From Patescibacteria group bacterium (GTDB lineage Bacteria; Patescibacteriota; Minisyncoccia; Phycocordibacterales; JBHPGB01): 64,000 nucleotides of DNA. The stretch spans positions 6,261 through 70,260 of the forward strand of contig JBHPGB010000003.1 of the NCBI GenBank assembly GCA_042571085.1, in the 5' to 3' direction. The position numbers and the translations under genes were made by a program. The notes under the pieces are model-generated. The model saw nothing but the letters and a program-made list of their open reading frames with translations, had not been told where the DNA came from and did no database searches. Below, piece after piece: positions 1-10,886 of the stretch (position 1 is its first letter; each line of letters opens with the position of its first letter).

Positions 1-1260
1 GAGTTTATTGGAAAAGATGGTGTCGAAAAATATTATAATGACATTCTTTCTGGAGAAAGAGGGCTTAAAATAATAGAAGTTGATGTGATGGGAGATGTTC
101 AATCAGAGAGCTCCATAGTTCCTAAAATAGACGGTGCAGATATAACCCTTTCTATTGATGCTCGTGTGCAGAACAAATTATATGAGGAAATGGAAGCGCT
201 TTCTTCTGATGTTGGCTTCTCTGGTGGTGCAGGAATTATTATAGACGTAGAGAACGGTGAGATATTAGCAATGACCAGTTTCCCAGAATATAATTCATCA
301 ATACTTTCCGATGGTAGTGATACAAAAGTAATTTCTTCATACGTAACAAATAAAAACACACCATTTTTAAATAGGGTTGTTTCAGGGCTTTACACTCCTG
401 GATCAACAGTAAAACCTTTTTTAGCCTTGGGTGCACTTCACGAAGAAATTATCAGCCCTACAAAGAGTATATTTTCATCTGGAGAAATCTCAATACAAAA
501 CCCATATTTCCCTGATAAAAAATCTGTGTTTAAAGACTGGAAAGCGCATGGTTGGGTTGATGTGTATAAGGCTATAGCAATGTCTTCCAATGTCTATTTT
601 TATGCGATTGGAGGTGGATATGAAGATCAGGAGGGTCTTGGTATAAAAAAGATAGAAGTATACACGCGCATGTTTGGGTTGGGAGAATCTACTGGTGTGG
701 ATTTGCCGGGGGAGGTTGATGGTGTTATTCCAAATCCTGATTGGAAAGAAGATAATTTTGAGGATGGAGAGTGGCGTGTCGGTGACACGTATCACACAGC
801 AATAGGGCAATATGGATTTCAAATAACACCGATTCAGCTTGCGCGTGCGATTGCTGTTTTGGCAAATGGAGGAAAAGAAATTAATCCACATGTGCTTATT
901 GGAATAAATGATACACAAACCCGTGGGGAAAATATTATTTCTGGTATAGTAAAAATAGATGAGGATAATTTCGACATAATAAAAAAAGGAATGCGACAGG
1001 CTGTCACAGAAGGATCAGCCAAGGGTCTTAATTTGTCATATGTGAAAGTTGCAGCAAAAACAGGTACAGCAGAGCTTGGTGTTTCTAAATCCCTCGTTAA
1101 CTCATGGATTACAGGATTCTTTCCATATGAGAACCCTAGGTACGCTTTTGCAGTTGTAATGGAAAAGGGTCCACGAGATAATCTTATCGGAGCATTGTAT
1201 GTGATGCGTCAGTTACTTGATTGGATGAGTGTGGAGACGCCAGAATATTTTGAAAAATAA
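1..1260 (+). CDS. mrdA: Penicillin-binding protein 2 (class B transpeptidase), 5'-truncated by window edge
   Basis: Open from base 1 (EFIGKDGVEKYY); SxxK (PGSTVK), SxN (SSN) and KTG motifs. Confidence 0.85.
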   Translation, partial: EFIGKDGVEKYYNDILSGERGLKIIEVDVMGDVQSESSIVPKIDGADITLSIDARVQNKLYEEMEALSSDVGFSGGAGIIIDVENGEILAMTSFPEYNSSILSDGSDTKVISSYVTNKNTPFLNRVVSGLYTPGSTVKPFLALGALHEEIISPTKSIFSSGEISIQNPYFPDKKSVFKDWKAHGWVDVYKAIAMSSNVYFYAIGGGYEDQEGLGIKKIEVYTRMFGLGESTGVDLPGEVDGVIPNPDWKEDNFEDGEWRVGDTYHTAIGQYGFQITPIQLARAIAVLANGGKEINPHVLIGINDTQTRGENIISGIVKIDEDNFDIIKKGMRQAVTEGSAKGLNLSYVKVAAKTGTAELGVSKSLVNSWITGFFPYENPRYAFAVVMEKGPRDNLIGALYVMRQLLDWMSVETPEYFEK

Positions 1261-1406
1261 GGAGTGGTTATAGCAGAATTGACTATAATCTTCATTAAAG
1301 TCAAGCATTGTTTTTAAGCATAAGACACGATATAATGCACAGAATATATAGAGTATATCAGTCATATATCAATTCGCGCAGAACGGTATTAACGTAATAA
1401 AAAATC

Positions 1407-1874
1407 ATGGATAATCAAAAAACATATCTAAGTAAAGAAAAATATAAAGAGCTTTCAAACGAGCTCGATTTTTTGACTACTACAAGACGAAAGGAGATTG
1501 CCGAAAAACTTGAGTACGCAAAATCTCTTGGTGACCTTTCAGAAAATGCTGAGTATCAAGAAGCGCGTGACGATCAAGCTGCTACAGAAAAAAGAATTGC
1601 TGAATTAGAGCTTCTTTTGAAAAATGTTGAAGTTGTGAAAAAACACCACAGCGATGAAGTTGAGATTGGTTCTGCGCTTGTTGTGCAAAGAGTAGGGGAA
1701 AAACAAAAGAGAGATTTCCAAATTGTTGGTTCTGAAGAAGCAGATATGGCTACAGGAAAAATTTCAAACGTTTCTCCACTAGGGAAAGCTTTAATGGGTG
1801 GGAAAAAAGGAGATACCGTATCTTTTGAAAGCCCTGCAGGAGAAGTGAAATATAAAATCGTTAGTATTGAATAA
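1407..1874 (+). CDS. greA: Transcription elongation factor GreA
   Basis: GDLSENAEY motif; ISNVSPLGKAL C-terminus. Confidence 0.97.
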   Translation: MDNQKTYLSKEKYKELSNELDFLTTTRRKEIAEKLEYAKSLGDLSENAEYQEARDDQAATEKRIAELELLLKNVEVVKKHHSDEVEIGSALVVQRVGEKQKRDFQIVGSEEADMATGKISNVSPLGKALMGGKKGDTVSFESPAGEVKYKIVSIE

Positions 1875-1901
1875 AAATTTAAGTAGTGGCGTGGCGAACA
1901 A

Positions 1902-1947
1902 ACCCGCCAAACTTTTTATGAAAAAATTCATAAAAACTTAGGCGGGT
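1902..1947. repeat. 46-bp palindromic element, copy 1
   Basis: ACCCGCCAAACTTTT...AAAACTTAGGCGGGT; same ends and length as 12294-12339. Confidence 0.75.
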
Positions 1948-1985
1948 GATGGTTTTAATAGTCGCTCCGCTCCTTTAAAATCATT

Positions 1986-3449
1986 ATGGCATCTATAGAA
2001 GAATTACGCTCTGAGCGTGTAAAAAAATTAGAAAAAATAAAAGAAGCCGGAATGAATCCATACCCGGCTCGTTCATCGCGCACAAATACAATCGATGATG
2101 TTTTGTCGCAATTTAAAGACTTAGAAAAAAGTGGCGAAGAAATTACAATTGCCGGACGTGTTATGGTAGCGCGTGGTCAGGGAGCGATTCGCTTTATTGA
2201 TTTACGTGACGGTACTGGCAAACTGCAAGCTGTTTTGAAAGCAGATGTATTGGATGAAAAATTATTTGAATTATTCGGTGCTGTAATTGATGCCGGGGAC
2301 TTTATTGAGGTGTCAGGAACACTTTTTGTGACTCAAAAAGGACAAGAGAGTATTGAAGTACGTGATTGGAAGATGCTTTCAAAATCCTTATTGCCGCTTC
2401 CAGACAAATGGCACGGGCTTGTTGATGAAGATTCACGACTTAGAAAAAGATATTTAGACATTCTTTTAAATAATGAGTTACAAGATGTGCTGAAAAAACG
2501 TGCGAAGTTTTGGGATGCCACACGTTCGTTTATGAATGAAAAAGGATTTCTTGAAGTTGAAACACCAACACTTGAAACGACAACAGGTGGAGCAGAAGCA
2601 CGCCCTTTCATAACACACCATAATGATATGGACATGGATGTGTTTTTACGTATTTCAGTCGGGGAATTATGGCAAAAGCGCTTGATGGCAGCTGGAATGG
2701 AAAAAACCTTTGAGATTGGAAGAGTATATCGAAACGAAGGCACAAGCCCAAATCACGTACAAGAATTTACAAACATGGAATTTTACTGGGCCTATGCTGA
2801 TTACAAAGATGGAATGAAATTGGCTCAAGAATTATATCAACACATAGCACAAGAAGTATTCGGGACAACAAAGTTTAAAAGTGGTGAACATGAATTCGAT
2901 CTGTCTGGAGAGTGGGGAACAGTTGATTATTATGGCGAGGTTGAGAGACAAACTGGTGTTGATTTAAAATCTGCTTCCGACGATGATATCAAGAAAAAGT
3001 TAGATGAGCTAAAAGTGAAATATGAGGGTGATAATCGGGAGCGTCTTATGGATACACTTTGGAAATATTGCAGAAAGAATATTTCTGGTCCAGTATTTTT
3101 GATAAATCATCCAAAATTAGTTTCACCTTTAGCAAAAGAAGTTGAAGACAATGGAGAATTTACTCAGCGCTTCCAGCCAATTATTGCTGGCGTTGAAATC
3201 GGTAATGGTTATTCTGAGCTTAATGATCCGCTTGAACAGCGCGCTCGGTTTGAAACTCAACAAGAGCTTCTAAAAGGCGGAGACGAAGAAGCAATGATGC
3301 CAGACTGGGAATTCGTAGAAATGCTTGAGCACGGAATGCCACCCACATGTGGATTTGGATTCGGAGAACGTCTATTTGCTGTTTTGCTTGATAAGCCAGT
3401 ACGAGAGACTCAAACGTTTCCATTAGTTAGAGTAAAGGAAGACGCTTAA
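1986..3449 (+). CDS. lysS: Lysyl-tRNA synthetase (class II)
   Basis: OB-fold N-terminus, GGAEARPF, YRNEG motif 2, GMPPTCGFGFG motif 3. Confidence 0.97.
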   Translation: MASIEELRSERVKKLEKIKEAGMNPYPARSSRTNTIDDVLSQFKDLEKSGEEITIAGRVMVARGQGAIRFIDLRDGTGKLQAVLKADVLDEKLFELFGAVIDAGDFIEVSGTLFVTQKGQESIEVRDWKMLSKSLLPLPDKWHGLVDEDSRLRKRYLDILLNNELQDVLKKRAKFWDATRSFMNEKGFLEVETPTLETTTGGAEARPFITHHNDMDMDVFLRISVGELWQKRLMAAGMEKTFEIGRVYRNEGTSPNHVQEFTNMEFYWAYADYKDGMKLAQELYQHIAQEVFGTTKFKSGEHEFDLSGEWGTVDYYGEVERQTGVDLKSASDDDIKKKLDELKVKYEGDNRERLMDTLWKYCRKNISGPVFLINHPKLVSPLAKEVEDNGEFTQRFQPIIAGVEIGNGYSELNDPLEQRARFETQQELLKGGDEEAMMPDWEFVEMLEHGMPPTCGFGFGERLFAVLLDKPVRETQTFPLVRVKEDA

Positions 3450-3470
3450 TTAATCAAAATTTAAAAGAAT

Positions 3471-3508
3471 AAACCGGTGCAGCTCACTTAGTGAGCTGCA
3501 CCGGTTTT
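3471..3508. terminator. Bidirectional intrinsic terminator
   Basis: Perfect hairpin AAACCGGTGCAGCTCAC-TTA-GTGAGCTGCACCGGTTT between convergent genes. Confidence 0.85.
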
Positions 3509-3512
3509 ATAC

Positions 3513-3743
3513 TTAATCAATCATATTTGGTGAATACTTATCATTGGCACACACATCTTCAGTATGATGTTGTGTGTTTGGGATTTCTATTCCGCCACCA
3601 TTAAAAAAAATTGGATTCGTTGGAATAGGCGGCGGTGTATTTGTAGGCGCTGAGGTTCGCCCAACCGTTTGTGTTGGGTCAATTAGTTTTCCACTAAAAG
3701 AATCAGCACAATTACCATTAGTATCAATTTGCACAATGGTCAT
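3513..3743 (-). CDS. Small Pro/Thr-rich orphan protein (76 aa)
   Basis: ORF with GGGAG 8 nt before ATG, ending at a terminator; no recognisable family. Confidence 0.5.
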   Translation of the reverse strand: MTIVQIDTNGNCADSFSGKLIDPTQTVGRTSAPTNTPPPIPTNPIFFNGGGIEIPNTQHHTEDVCANDKYSPNMID

Positions 3744-3885
3744 AAGTTTTACTCCCAGTTGTTTTAAAATGATGTTCCGATTAGTCTTTCTAAATTTTAG
3801 ATTAACATCCTATCGCTAATTTGTCAATTTTAATCGGCCCAATACCTATTGAGTTGTTTTTTCCGTTAAAAATAAAGATGGAGGT

Positions 3886-3956
3886 GTGTGGATAAGTGTT
3901 TTGGTGAAGTGGGATGAAGTGGTGTATAATATGTAGCAAGTGGGGTAGAGTGGGAT
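3886..3956 (+). promoter_or_regulatory. mraZ/dcw promoter with MraZ-type GTGG operator repeats and a DnaA box
   Basis: (A/G)AGTGG at 3907, 3917, 3938, 3948 (about 10-bp period) around TATAAT 3925-3930; TGTGGATAA at 3886. Confidence 0.75.
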
Positions 3957-4000
3957 AAGGATTTTGTTTACCCAAGCCCGGCTTGATAAACAAAATTCTT

Positions 4001-4435
4001 ATGCTCATAGGTGAATACATACATACACTAGATCCTAAAAAGCGACTTTCAATGCCGTCTAAATTCCGTAAGGAAATAGGTAAGAAGGTTGTGGTTACAC
4101 GTGGTTTGGATAAGTGTTTGTTTGTATACACTATTGCAGAATGGAAGAGGGTTGCAGAAAAAATTGCAGAGATGTCCATCGGGCAGGCCGATAGCAGGGG
4201 ATTCAATAGGTTTCTTTTGTCGGGTGCGGTTGAAACGGATGTAGATGCTGGTGGTAGAATTTTAATTCCCGATTTTTTAAAAGATTTTGCAGGACTGAAA
4301 AGTAAAGTGATCGTTGCTGGTGTGCACAACAGAATTGAAATATGGGACGAAAAAGCATGGACGCAGTATAAGGGGCAGGTTGAAAAGCAGGCTGACGCAC
4401 TGGCAGAAAAGCTTGGGGAAATTGGGGCATTATAA
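4001..4435 (+). CDS. mraZ: Division/cell-wall cluster regulator MraZ
   Basis: MLIGEYIHTLDPKKRL, DAGGRILIP, IEIWD; precedes rsmH. Confidence 0.96.
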   Translation: MLIGEYIHTLDPKKRLSMPSKFRKEIGKKVVVTRGLDKCLFVYTIAEWKRVAEKIAEMSIGQADSRGFNRFLLSGAVETDVDAGGRILIPDFLKDFAGLKSKVIVAGVHNRIEIWDEKAWTQYKGQVEKQADALAEKLGEIGAL

Positions 4436-4440
4436 AGATT

Positions 4441-5331
4441 ATGCATAAATCAGTATTACTAAACGAAACGATAGAATTTCTTGATATACAGCCTAACGAT
4501 ATTGTGTTGGACGGTACGCTCGGAGGCGGTGGACATAGCAAAGAAATATGTGCTCGATTAAGTGGCGAAGGAATGCTTATAGGACTTGATCAAGACATTA
4601 AAGCGGTTGCACGAGTGGAGCATGTTTTAGAAGGCACTCAATGTAAGAGAAAGTTGGTACAGGGTAATTTCAGAAATTTAAGTGAAGTACTTGATATTTT
4701 GGAGGTTAAGCAGGTAGATAAGGTATTGTTTGATCTTGGGTTTAGTTCATTTCAAATTGAAGCGTCGGGTAGGGGTTTTTCTTTTCAAAAAAATGAGCCG
4801 CTACTGATGACATATTCTGACACAGTGGAAAAAGATCAGTTGACTGCGTATGAATTAGTAAACACGTGGGATGAAGAAAACATAGCTGATGTGATTTATG
4901 GATTTGGAGATGAACGCTACTCACGAAGAATTGCTCGCGGAATTGTTGAAGCCAGAACAGAAAAGCCAATTAAAAGCACATTTGAGTTGGTGGAGATAAT
5001 TAAAGAAGCTGTTCCTGGTCGCTATAGAAATGGAAAAATACATCCTGCGACTAAAACATTCCAAGCTATACGAATTGCAGTGAACGATGAATTCGGAGCT
5101 TTGGAACAGGGTATCGAAAGCGCAATTGAGCGACTTGCTCAAGGAGGAAGACTTGCGATTATTACATTCCACAGCACAGAAGACAGAATCGTAAAAAGAG
5201 CATTTAGGGACAAAAAAGAAGAAGGGCTTGTAACGATACTTACAAAAAAACCAATCGCCGTCTCACGAGAGGAGATAGAAGATAATCCAAGAGCTAGAAG
5301 TGCGAAATTAAGAGTTATACAAAAAAATTAA
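4441..5331 (+). CDS. rsmH: 16S rRNA m4C1402 methyltransferase
   Basis: HKSVLL, DGTLGGGGHS, HPATKTFQAIRIAVN, NPRARSAKLR. Confidence 0.97.
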   Translation: MHKSVLLNETIEFLDIQPNDIVLDGTLGGGGHSKEICARLSGEGMLIGLDQDIKAVARVEHVLEGTQCKRKLVQGNFRNLSEVLDILEVKQVDKVLFDLGFSSFQIEASGRGFSFQKNEPLLMTYSDTVEKDQLTAYELVNTWDEENIADVIYGFGDERYSRRIARGIVEARTEKPIKSTFELVEIIKEAVPGRYRNGKIHPATKTFQAIRIAVNDEFGALEQGIESAIERLAQGGRLAIITFHSTEDRIVKRAFRDKKEEGLVTILTKKPIAVSREEIEDNPRARSAKLRVIQKN

Positions 5332-5335
5332 AAAT

Positions 5336-5665
5336 ATGAAAGCAAAATCAAAAGCATTACAATTAAATATTCACTACACAAAAGTAATTTTTGCTGTCTT
5401 GGGTGCGGCATTGTTTTTGCTACTATTTTTGTATTCATATTTTATAAACGCATCTGTATTAAATATTGTTGAAAGAAAAGAAATTGAGAAAAAATTGGTT
5501 GAAACAAATTCCTATGTTTCAGCTCTTGAATCTGAGTATTTTAAGCAAATAGGTGGTGTAAATCTTGACTTAGCTTTCTCTCTTGGATTTGAAGAGGTAT
5601 CAAATTCTAACTTCGCATATCGCAAATCTTCAGATGCTAGAACTGTTACTTTGAATAGAAATTAA
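5336..5665 (+). CDS. FtsL-like cell division protein
   Basis: One TM helix plus coiled coil, located between rsmH and a PBP gene. Confidence 0.65.
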   Translation: MKAKSKALQLNIHYTKVIFAVLGAALFLLLFLYSYFINASVLNIVERKEIEKKLVETNSYVSALESEYFKQIGGVNLDLAFSLGFEEVSNSNFAYRKSSDARTVTLNRN

Positions 5666-5711
5666 TTTTTAATTTCTTAGAGAAAAGTAGTACATACTGT
5701 ATAATTACACC

Positions 5712-7424
5712 ATGAAAGTAGAATCTATACCGCGCATTCGTTTTGTATTTATTATCTTGTTATTTTTTGCGCTTGTCCTCATTGGCAGGCTTTTTTTCAT
5801 ACAGGTTGTGAATGGTGAAGAGTATCGTGATAAAGCAGATGGGCAGTATATAACACCAGCATCAAACGTTTTTGACAGGGGAAGCATATTTTTTTCAAGG
5901 CGCGATAAAATGCCTTTTTCTGCAGCAGGACTCGATTTTGGTTACATAATCGCAATAAATCCTCAGAAAATAAAAGATGCTGAAAATATGTATGAGCAAA
6001 TTTCATCAACCATACAAATAGACAAAGAAGATTTTATTGCGAAGGCAAATAAAGCAAATGACCCGTATGAAGAAATAGTACTCAGGGTACCTGAAAAAGA
6101 TGCTCTTGAAATATCTAATTTGGATTTAGAAGGACTCAGTATTCACAAACACAAATGGCGCTTTTATCCTGCTGGTAGAACAGCCGCACATACACTAGGC
6201 TTTGTGGCGTATAAAGACAATGATCTCATTGGTCGTTATGGATTAGAGCATTACTATGAAGATGTGCTGTCGCGAGCTGAGAACGATTTGTACGTTAATT
6301 TTTTTGCAGAAATATTTTCTAATATAACCGATTCAATACTTGTGTCAGACAATTCACGTGAAGGGGATATTGTTCTTTCCATTGAGCTTGATGTGCAAAC
6401 TGAATTGGAAAATGTACTTAGTGGTATAGAAGACAAATGGTATACATCTGCGACAGGTGGAATAATCATGGACCCACGTGATGGTAGTATTTACGCAATG
6501 GCAGCAACTCCGAATTTTGATCCAAATAATTTTTCTGAAGAGAACGATTCAGCAGTATTTTCAAATCCGCTGGTAGAAAGTGTGTTTGAGATGGGTTCAA
6601 TCGTGAAGCCTCTCACAATGGCAGCCGCGCTTGATTCTGGAGCAGTGACCGCAAAAACAACTTATAATGATAAGGGTTATGTCGTGCTAGATACTGCACG
6701 CATTGAGAATTTTGATGGTAAAGCACGAGGAGTTGTTTCTATGCAAGAGGTGTTAAATCAATCTCTTAACACAGGAATGGTGTTTGTGATGCAGGAAATG
6801 GGCAAAGATGTTTTTAGAGATTATATGTTATCATATGGCATTGGCGATGAGACAGGCGTTGATTTACCAGGAGAAATACATGGTCTTGTGGACAACCTAA
6901 ACAGCACCCGTGATATTGAATATGCCACTGCTGCCTTTGGTCAAGGAATAGCCATGACACCAATTAGTATAACTCGCTCTTTGGCCACATTGGCAAATGG
7001 TGGGCATTTGGTCACACCATATCTTGTGAAGCGTATTAATTACGAAACAGGTCTTGATAAAAAAATATATCCAGATGAAGGCGAGCGTATAATTAGCGGG
7101 AGCGCGTCAGAAGAAATCACACGCATGCTTGTGGAAGTTGTGGATGAAGCTTTGTTGAATGGTGATGTAGCTTTACCACGATACAGTATTGCTGCAAAAA
7201 CAGGTACTGCACAAATTGCAGATATGGAAAATGGTGGCTATTATGAAGATAGGTACCTACACTCATTTTTTGGATACTTCCCAGCATATGACCCGCAATT
7301 TATAATCTTTCTGTATGATGTTAATCCCAAAGGAGCTCGCTATGCTTCCCAAACATTGACTCATCCGTTTATGGATTTAACAAAGTTTTTGATCAATCAT
7401 TACGAGATAGAGCCAGATCGGTAA
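5712..7424 (+). CDS. ftsI: Class B penicillin-binding protein (FtsI-like)
   Basis: N-terminal TM, RGSI dimerisation motif, SIVK, SLN, KTG; dcw position. Confidence 0.85.
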   Translation: MKVESIPRIRFVFIILLFFALVLIGRLFFIQVVNGEEYRDKADGQYITPASNVFDRGSIFFSRRDKMPFSAAGLDFGYIIAINPQKIKDAENMYEQISSTIQIDKEDFIAKANKANDPYEEIVLRVPEKDALEISNLDLEGLSIHKHKWRFYPAGRTAAHTLGFVAYKDNDLIGRYGLEHYYEDVLSRAENDLYVNFFAEIFSNITDSILVSDNSREGDIVLSIELDVQTELENVLSGIEDKWYTSATGGIIMDPRDGSIYAMAATPNFDPNNFSEENDSAVFSNPLVESVFEMGSIVKPLTMAAALDSGAVTAKTTYNDKGYVVLDTARIENFDGKARGVVSMQEVLNQSLNTGMVFVMQEMGKDVFRDYMLSYGIGDETGVDLPGEIHGLVDNLNSTRDIEYATAAFGQGIAMTPISITRSLATLANGGHLVTPYLVKRINYETGLDKKIYPDEGERIISGSASEEITRMLVEVVDEALLNGDVALPRYSIAAKTGTAQIADMENGGYYEDRYLHSFFGYFPAYDPQFIIFLYDVNPKGARYASQTLTHPFMDLTKFLINHYEIEPDR

Positions 7425-7438
7425 TAGTAATTTTTTAT

Positions 7439-8731
7439 ATGAAATCATTTATAAAAAAAATAATATTTTTCATTTTAACTCTTGAAGCAAGACTTGTTTT
7501 GCGTAAGTATAAGCCGCGTATTATTGCAGTGACCGGAAATGTCGGAAAGACAAGTACCAAAGATGCAATCTACAGCATTTTGAAAAATACACATTACGTA
7601 CGTAAAAGCGAAAAAAGTTTCAATAGTGAGATTGGTGTACCTCTAACGATTCTAGGGTGTGATAGTGGATGGAACAATCCTTTTGTATGGATTTCCAATA
7701 TATTTGAGGGATTAGCACTTATACTTTTAAAAAATCATTACCCAAAGATATTGGTTCTTGAAATTGGTGCGGATAGGCCTGGTGATATTGAGTCTGTAAC
7801 AAGATGGTTAAAGCCAGACATTGCTGTGATAACAAAAATTGGAGACACGCCTGTGCATGTTGAATACTTTTCTTCTGCTTCAGAGCTTGTGAAAGAAAAA
7901 GCCTATCTCGCGACGGCTTTAGGTAGCGATGGCATGCTTATTTTAAATGCAGATGATAAAAACACTCTTTCAATAAAACAAAAGAGCAAAGCACGTACAA
8001 TGACATTTGGCCTAGGAAAGATTGGAGACATTCGCGCTTCAAATGAAAAAATTATTTACAATAAAAAAGGCAAACCAAAAGCAATTAATTTCAAAGTTAA
8101 TTACGGTTCTAATAGTTTACCAGTGGAGCTTAATGGAACTGTTGGTTTTCATTACATATATTCAGTATTAGCTGCGATGGCTGTTGGAATTACTGAAGGT
8201 GTTAATTTAATATCTGCAGCACAGTGGATTGCTGGCTTCAGTGCAACACCAGGGCGCCTTAAAATAATTGAAGGAATTTCCGATTCTACTATTTTGGATG
8301 ATACGTATAATGCAGCTCCAGCAGCCGTGAATGCGGCTATAGACGCCCTCTCTGAGGTAAAAACGGAGGGAAGGAAGATTGCTGTGCTTGGAGACATGAT
8401 GGAGCTAGGAAAGCAGTCTGTAGAAGAACACAGAAAAATAGGGGAGAAGGTGGCTGAGACTTGTGATTTTCTTGTAACGGTAGGCACTCGCTCCGCTGAT
8501 ATTTGGAAAGCCGCGAATAAGAAGAAGATGTATAAGAAAGATATGTTACATTTTGCTTCTTCAGAAGAGGCTGGGGAAAAACTAAAAAAGATTCTGAAAG
8601 AAGGTGATATTGTGTTGGTGAAAGGGTCACAGTCAGCGCGTATGGAGCGCGTGGTGGAGCGTATAATGGCTCATCCTGAAGACAAACAAAAACTCTTGGT
8701 ACGACAAGAGAGCGAGTGGCTTAAGCGATAA
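7439..8731 (+). CDS. murF: UDP-MurNAc-tripeptide:D-Ala-D-Ala ligase
   Basis: VTGNVGKTSTKD, FNSEIGVPLT, DDTYNA, LGDMMELG, VKGSQ. Confidence 0.92.
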   Translation: MKSFIKKIIFFILTLEARLVLRKYKPRIIAVTGNVGKTSTKDAIYSILKNTHYVRKSEKSFNSEIGVPLTILGCDSGWNNPFVWISNIFEGLALILLKNHYPKILVLEIGADRPGDIESVTRWLKPDIAVITKIGDTPVHVEYFSSASELVKEKAYLATALGSDGMLILNADDKNTLSIKQKSKARTMTFGLGKIGDIRASNEKIIYNKKGKPKAINFKVNYGSNSLPVELNGTVGFHYIYSVLAAMAVGITEGVNLISAAQWIAGFSATPGRLKIIEGISDSTILDDTYNAAPAAVNAAIDALSEVKTEGRKIAVLGDMMELGKQSVEEHRKIGEKVAETCDFLVTVGTRSADIWKAANKKKMYKKDMLHFASSEEAGEKLKKILKEGDIVLVKGSQSARMERVVERIMAHPEDKQKLLVRQESEWLKR

Positions 8732-8740
8732 GGTGGAGTT

Positions 8741-9367
8741 TTAACCCCTGTTTTTTAGAGCATTCTCAAGAGTACTTGCATCTGAGTATTCTAATTCGGT
8801 GCCAGTAGATAGACCACGCCCGAGCGCGCTGATCTTCACACCATATTTCTCCGCAAGCGGAGCCAGGATTTTTTTCACATATTGCGCAGTATTTTCTCCT
8901 TCTGGAGTTGCGCTCGTTGCTAAGATAACTTCTTTCAATCCATTTTTTGAATATTCTTGTGCGCGGTCAAAGAGCTCTCTTGCGCGTATTTTTTTTGCCG
9001 GATTTTGCTCAAGTATTGGTAATGAGCCACCAAGTATAAAATAAAGTCCTTTGTATGCACCTGTCTTGTTAACATTTTCAAGATCAACATCTTTTTCAAC
9101 CACCATCAACACACTTTTATCTGTTTGCGGATTTGCACATATTGCACATAAATTATTTTCTTTCGCACTGCTTACGCTCTTTGTAAAAAAGCGATAACAA
9201 TTCGCGCACTGAGAAATATCTTTTTTTACATCTGCAATTAATTTAGATAAGTCATCAATGAATACTGGATTTTGTGACAACAAAAAATAGACAAAGCGTT
9301 TTGCTTGTCGTGAGCCAATACCCGGAAAAGACTTAAAGATTTCAGTTAATTTATCTATTGAGTTCAT
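8741..9367 (-). CDS. recR: Recombination mediator RecR
   Basis: PGIG HhH, C4 zinc finger, Toprim domain, ELEYSD. Confidence 0.95.
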   Translation of the reverse strand: MNSIDKLTEIFKSFPGIGSRQAKRFVYFLLSQNPVFIDDLSKLIADVKKDISQCANCYRFFTKSVSSAKENNLCAICANPQTDKSVLMVVEKDVDLENVNKTGAYKGLYFILGGSLPILEQNPAKKIRARELFDRAQEYSKNGLKEVILATSATPEGENTAQYVKKILAPLAEKYGVKISALGRGLSTGTELEYSDASTLENALKNRG

Positions 9368-9372
9368 AAAGA

Positions 9373-10743
9373 TTAAAATGAATCAAACTCCTTCTCTCCT
9401 GCATGCTCGCTTTTATCTACGCTAAGGAATGTTGATTTTTTATCATCAAAGTATAGGTCTATTTTTCCTGTAGGACCATTACGGTGTTTTTCTACCAATA
9501 TTTCTGTAACGTTACCGCGGCCAGTGTCGCCTTCGTCATCTTTTTCACGATGAATAAACATAACAACATCGGCGTCCTGCTCAATAGAACCAGAGTCTCT
9601 AAGGTCTGATAGGCGAGGCTTACCACCACGGCTTTCTACGGCACGAGAGAGCTGTGAGAGCGCCAAAACGGGCACATCTAGCTCACGGGCTAAGCCTTTC
9701 AAAGAGCGGGAAATTTCCGTAACCTGATTCACCATGGAATCATAATTCTTGTGCGGTGTGATAAGTTGCAAATAGTCTATGATTATAAGCCCAAGACCGT
9801 GCTCACTCTTAAGGCGGCGTGCGGTAGAGCGCATACTCATCAATGTGTTACCTGGTTTGTCGTCTATATAAATCGGAGCTTTAGAGAGTTTACTGATGGA
9901 CTCTTGTAGCTTTTCAAATTCCTCATCAGCGTTTAGCTTACCTGTGCGCAGCTTCCACGCGTCCACACGTGACTCAGCTGCGAGCATACGACTCACGAGC
10001 TGGTGTGATGCCATTTCAAGAGAGAATACCCCAACAGGAACATTAGAATTAAGCGCAGCTTGGCGTGCGATATCAAGAGCAAAAGCTGTCTTACCAACAG
10101 AAGGTCGTGCGGCAAGAATAATCAAATCTGATTTTTGGAATCCTGCTAATAAATTATCCAAATCATTAAATCCGGTTGGTACGCCACGTACTTCATCTTT
10201 TTTATTATGCAGTCGATCAATTTGATCCCATACTTCGCTAAGTGTTTGTTTGATGCCGACAAATTTTTGTCCAACGGGTGCATTAGTTACTTCAAACACT
10301 TTTTTCTCAGCTTGATCCAAAAGTTCTTCAAGCTCTTGTTCTTCTGCATAACCAAGTTCACCAATATGTAATGATGCGTTTATGAGTCCGCGCATTACAG
10401 ATTTTTTTTGCACTATTTTTGCGTAGTGTATTAGGTTTGATGCAGAGGGTACAGAATTCACTAATTCAGACAAAAATGATCCTCCGCCCGCAGCGTCAAA
10501 TTTTTTCTTTTCCTTAAGTTTTGCTGAAAGAGAAACTAAATCAATCGGTTCGCTTTTTGAAAACAAATCCAACATCGATTGGAAAATGATTCGGTGTTTT
10601 TCTGAGTAGAAAGAGTCGGATGAGATGTAATCAATTGCGTCGTTCATTCCCTCTGGCTTGAGCATAATAGAACCGAGAAGAGCTCGCTCTGATTCTAAGT
10701 TTTGTGGCGGTACGCGTAAATTTGTAGGATTGTTAGTTGCCAT
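9373..10743 (-). CDS. dnaB: Replicative DNA helicase
   Basis: AARPSVGKT, IDYLQL, SQLSR, LSDLRDSGSIEQDAD; no intein visible. Confidence 0.98.
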   Translation of the reverse strand: MATNNPTNLRVPPQNLESERALLGSIMLKPEGMNDAIDYISSDSFYSEKHRIIFQSMLDLFSKSEPIDLVSLSAKLKEKKKFDAAGGGSFLSELVNSVPSASNLIHYAKIVQKKSVMRGLINASLHIGELGYAEEQELEELLDQAEKKVFEVTNAPVGQKFVGIKQTLSEVWDQIDRLHNKKDEVRGVPTGFNDLDNLLAGFQKSDLIILAARPSVGKTAFALDIARQAALNSNVPVGVFSLEMASHQLVSRMLAAESRVDAWKLRTGKLNADEEFEKLQESISKLSKAPIYIDDKPGNTLMSMRSTARRLKSEHGLGLIIIDYLQLITPHKNYDSMVNQVTEISRSLKGLARELDVPVLALSQLSRAVESRGGKPRLSDLRDSGSIEQDADVVMFIHREKDDEGDTGRGNVTEILVEKHRNGPTGKIDLYFDDKKSTFLSVDKSEHAGEKEFDSF

Positions 10744-10835
10744 AGTCCCATTAGTTTAGCACAAAGTGCAATTACCTAAAATTGACGATAGGGTATAAAG
10801 CTGGGGAAGAAAAGTGGATAAGATTTTTGCCAAAA

Positions 10836-10868
10836 ATTAATCGGCTCAACTGGGTTGAGCCGATTAAT
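10836..10868. repeat. GGCTCAAC-family palindrome, copy 1 (terminator/REP-like)
   Basis: ATTAATCGGCTCAAC-TGG-GTTGAGCCGATTAAT. Confidence 0.7.
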
Positions 10869-10886
10869 ATGTTCAAGAATATGAGT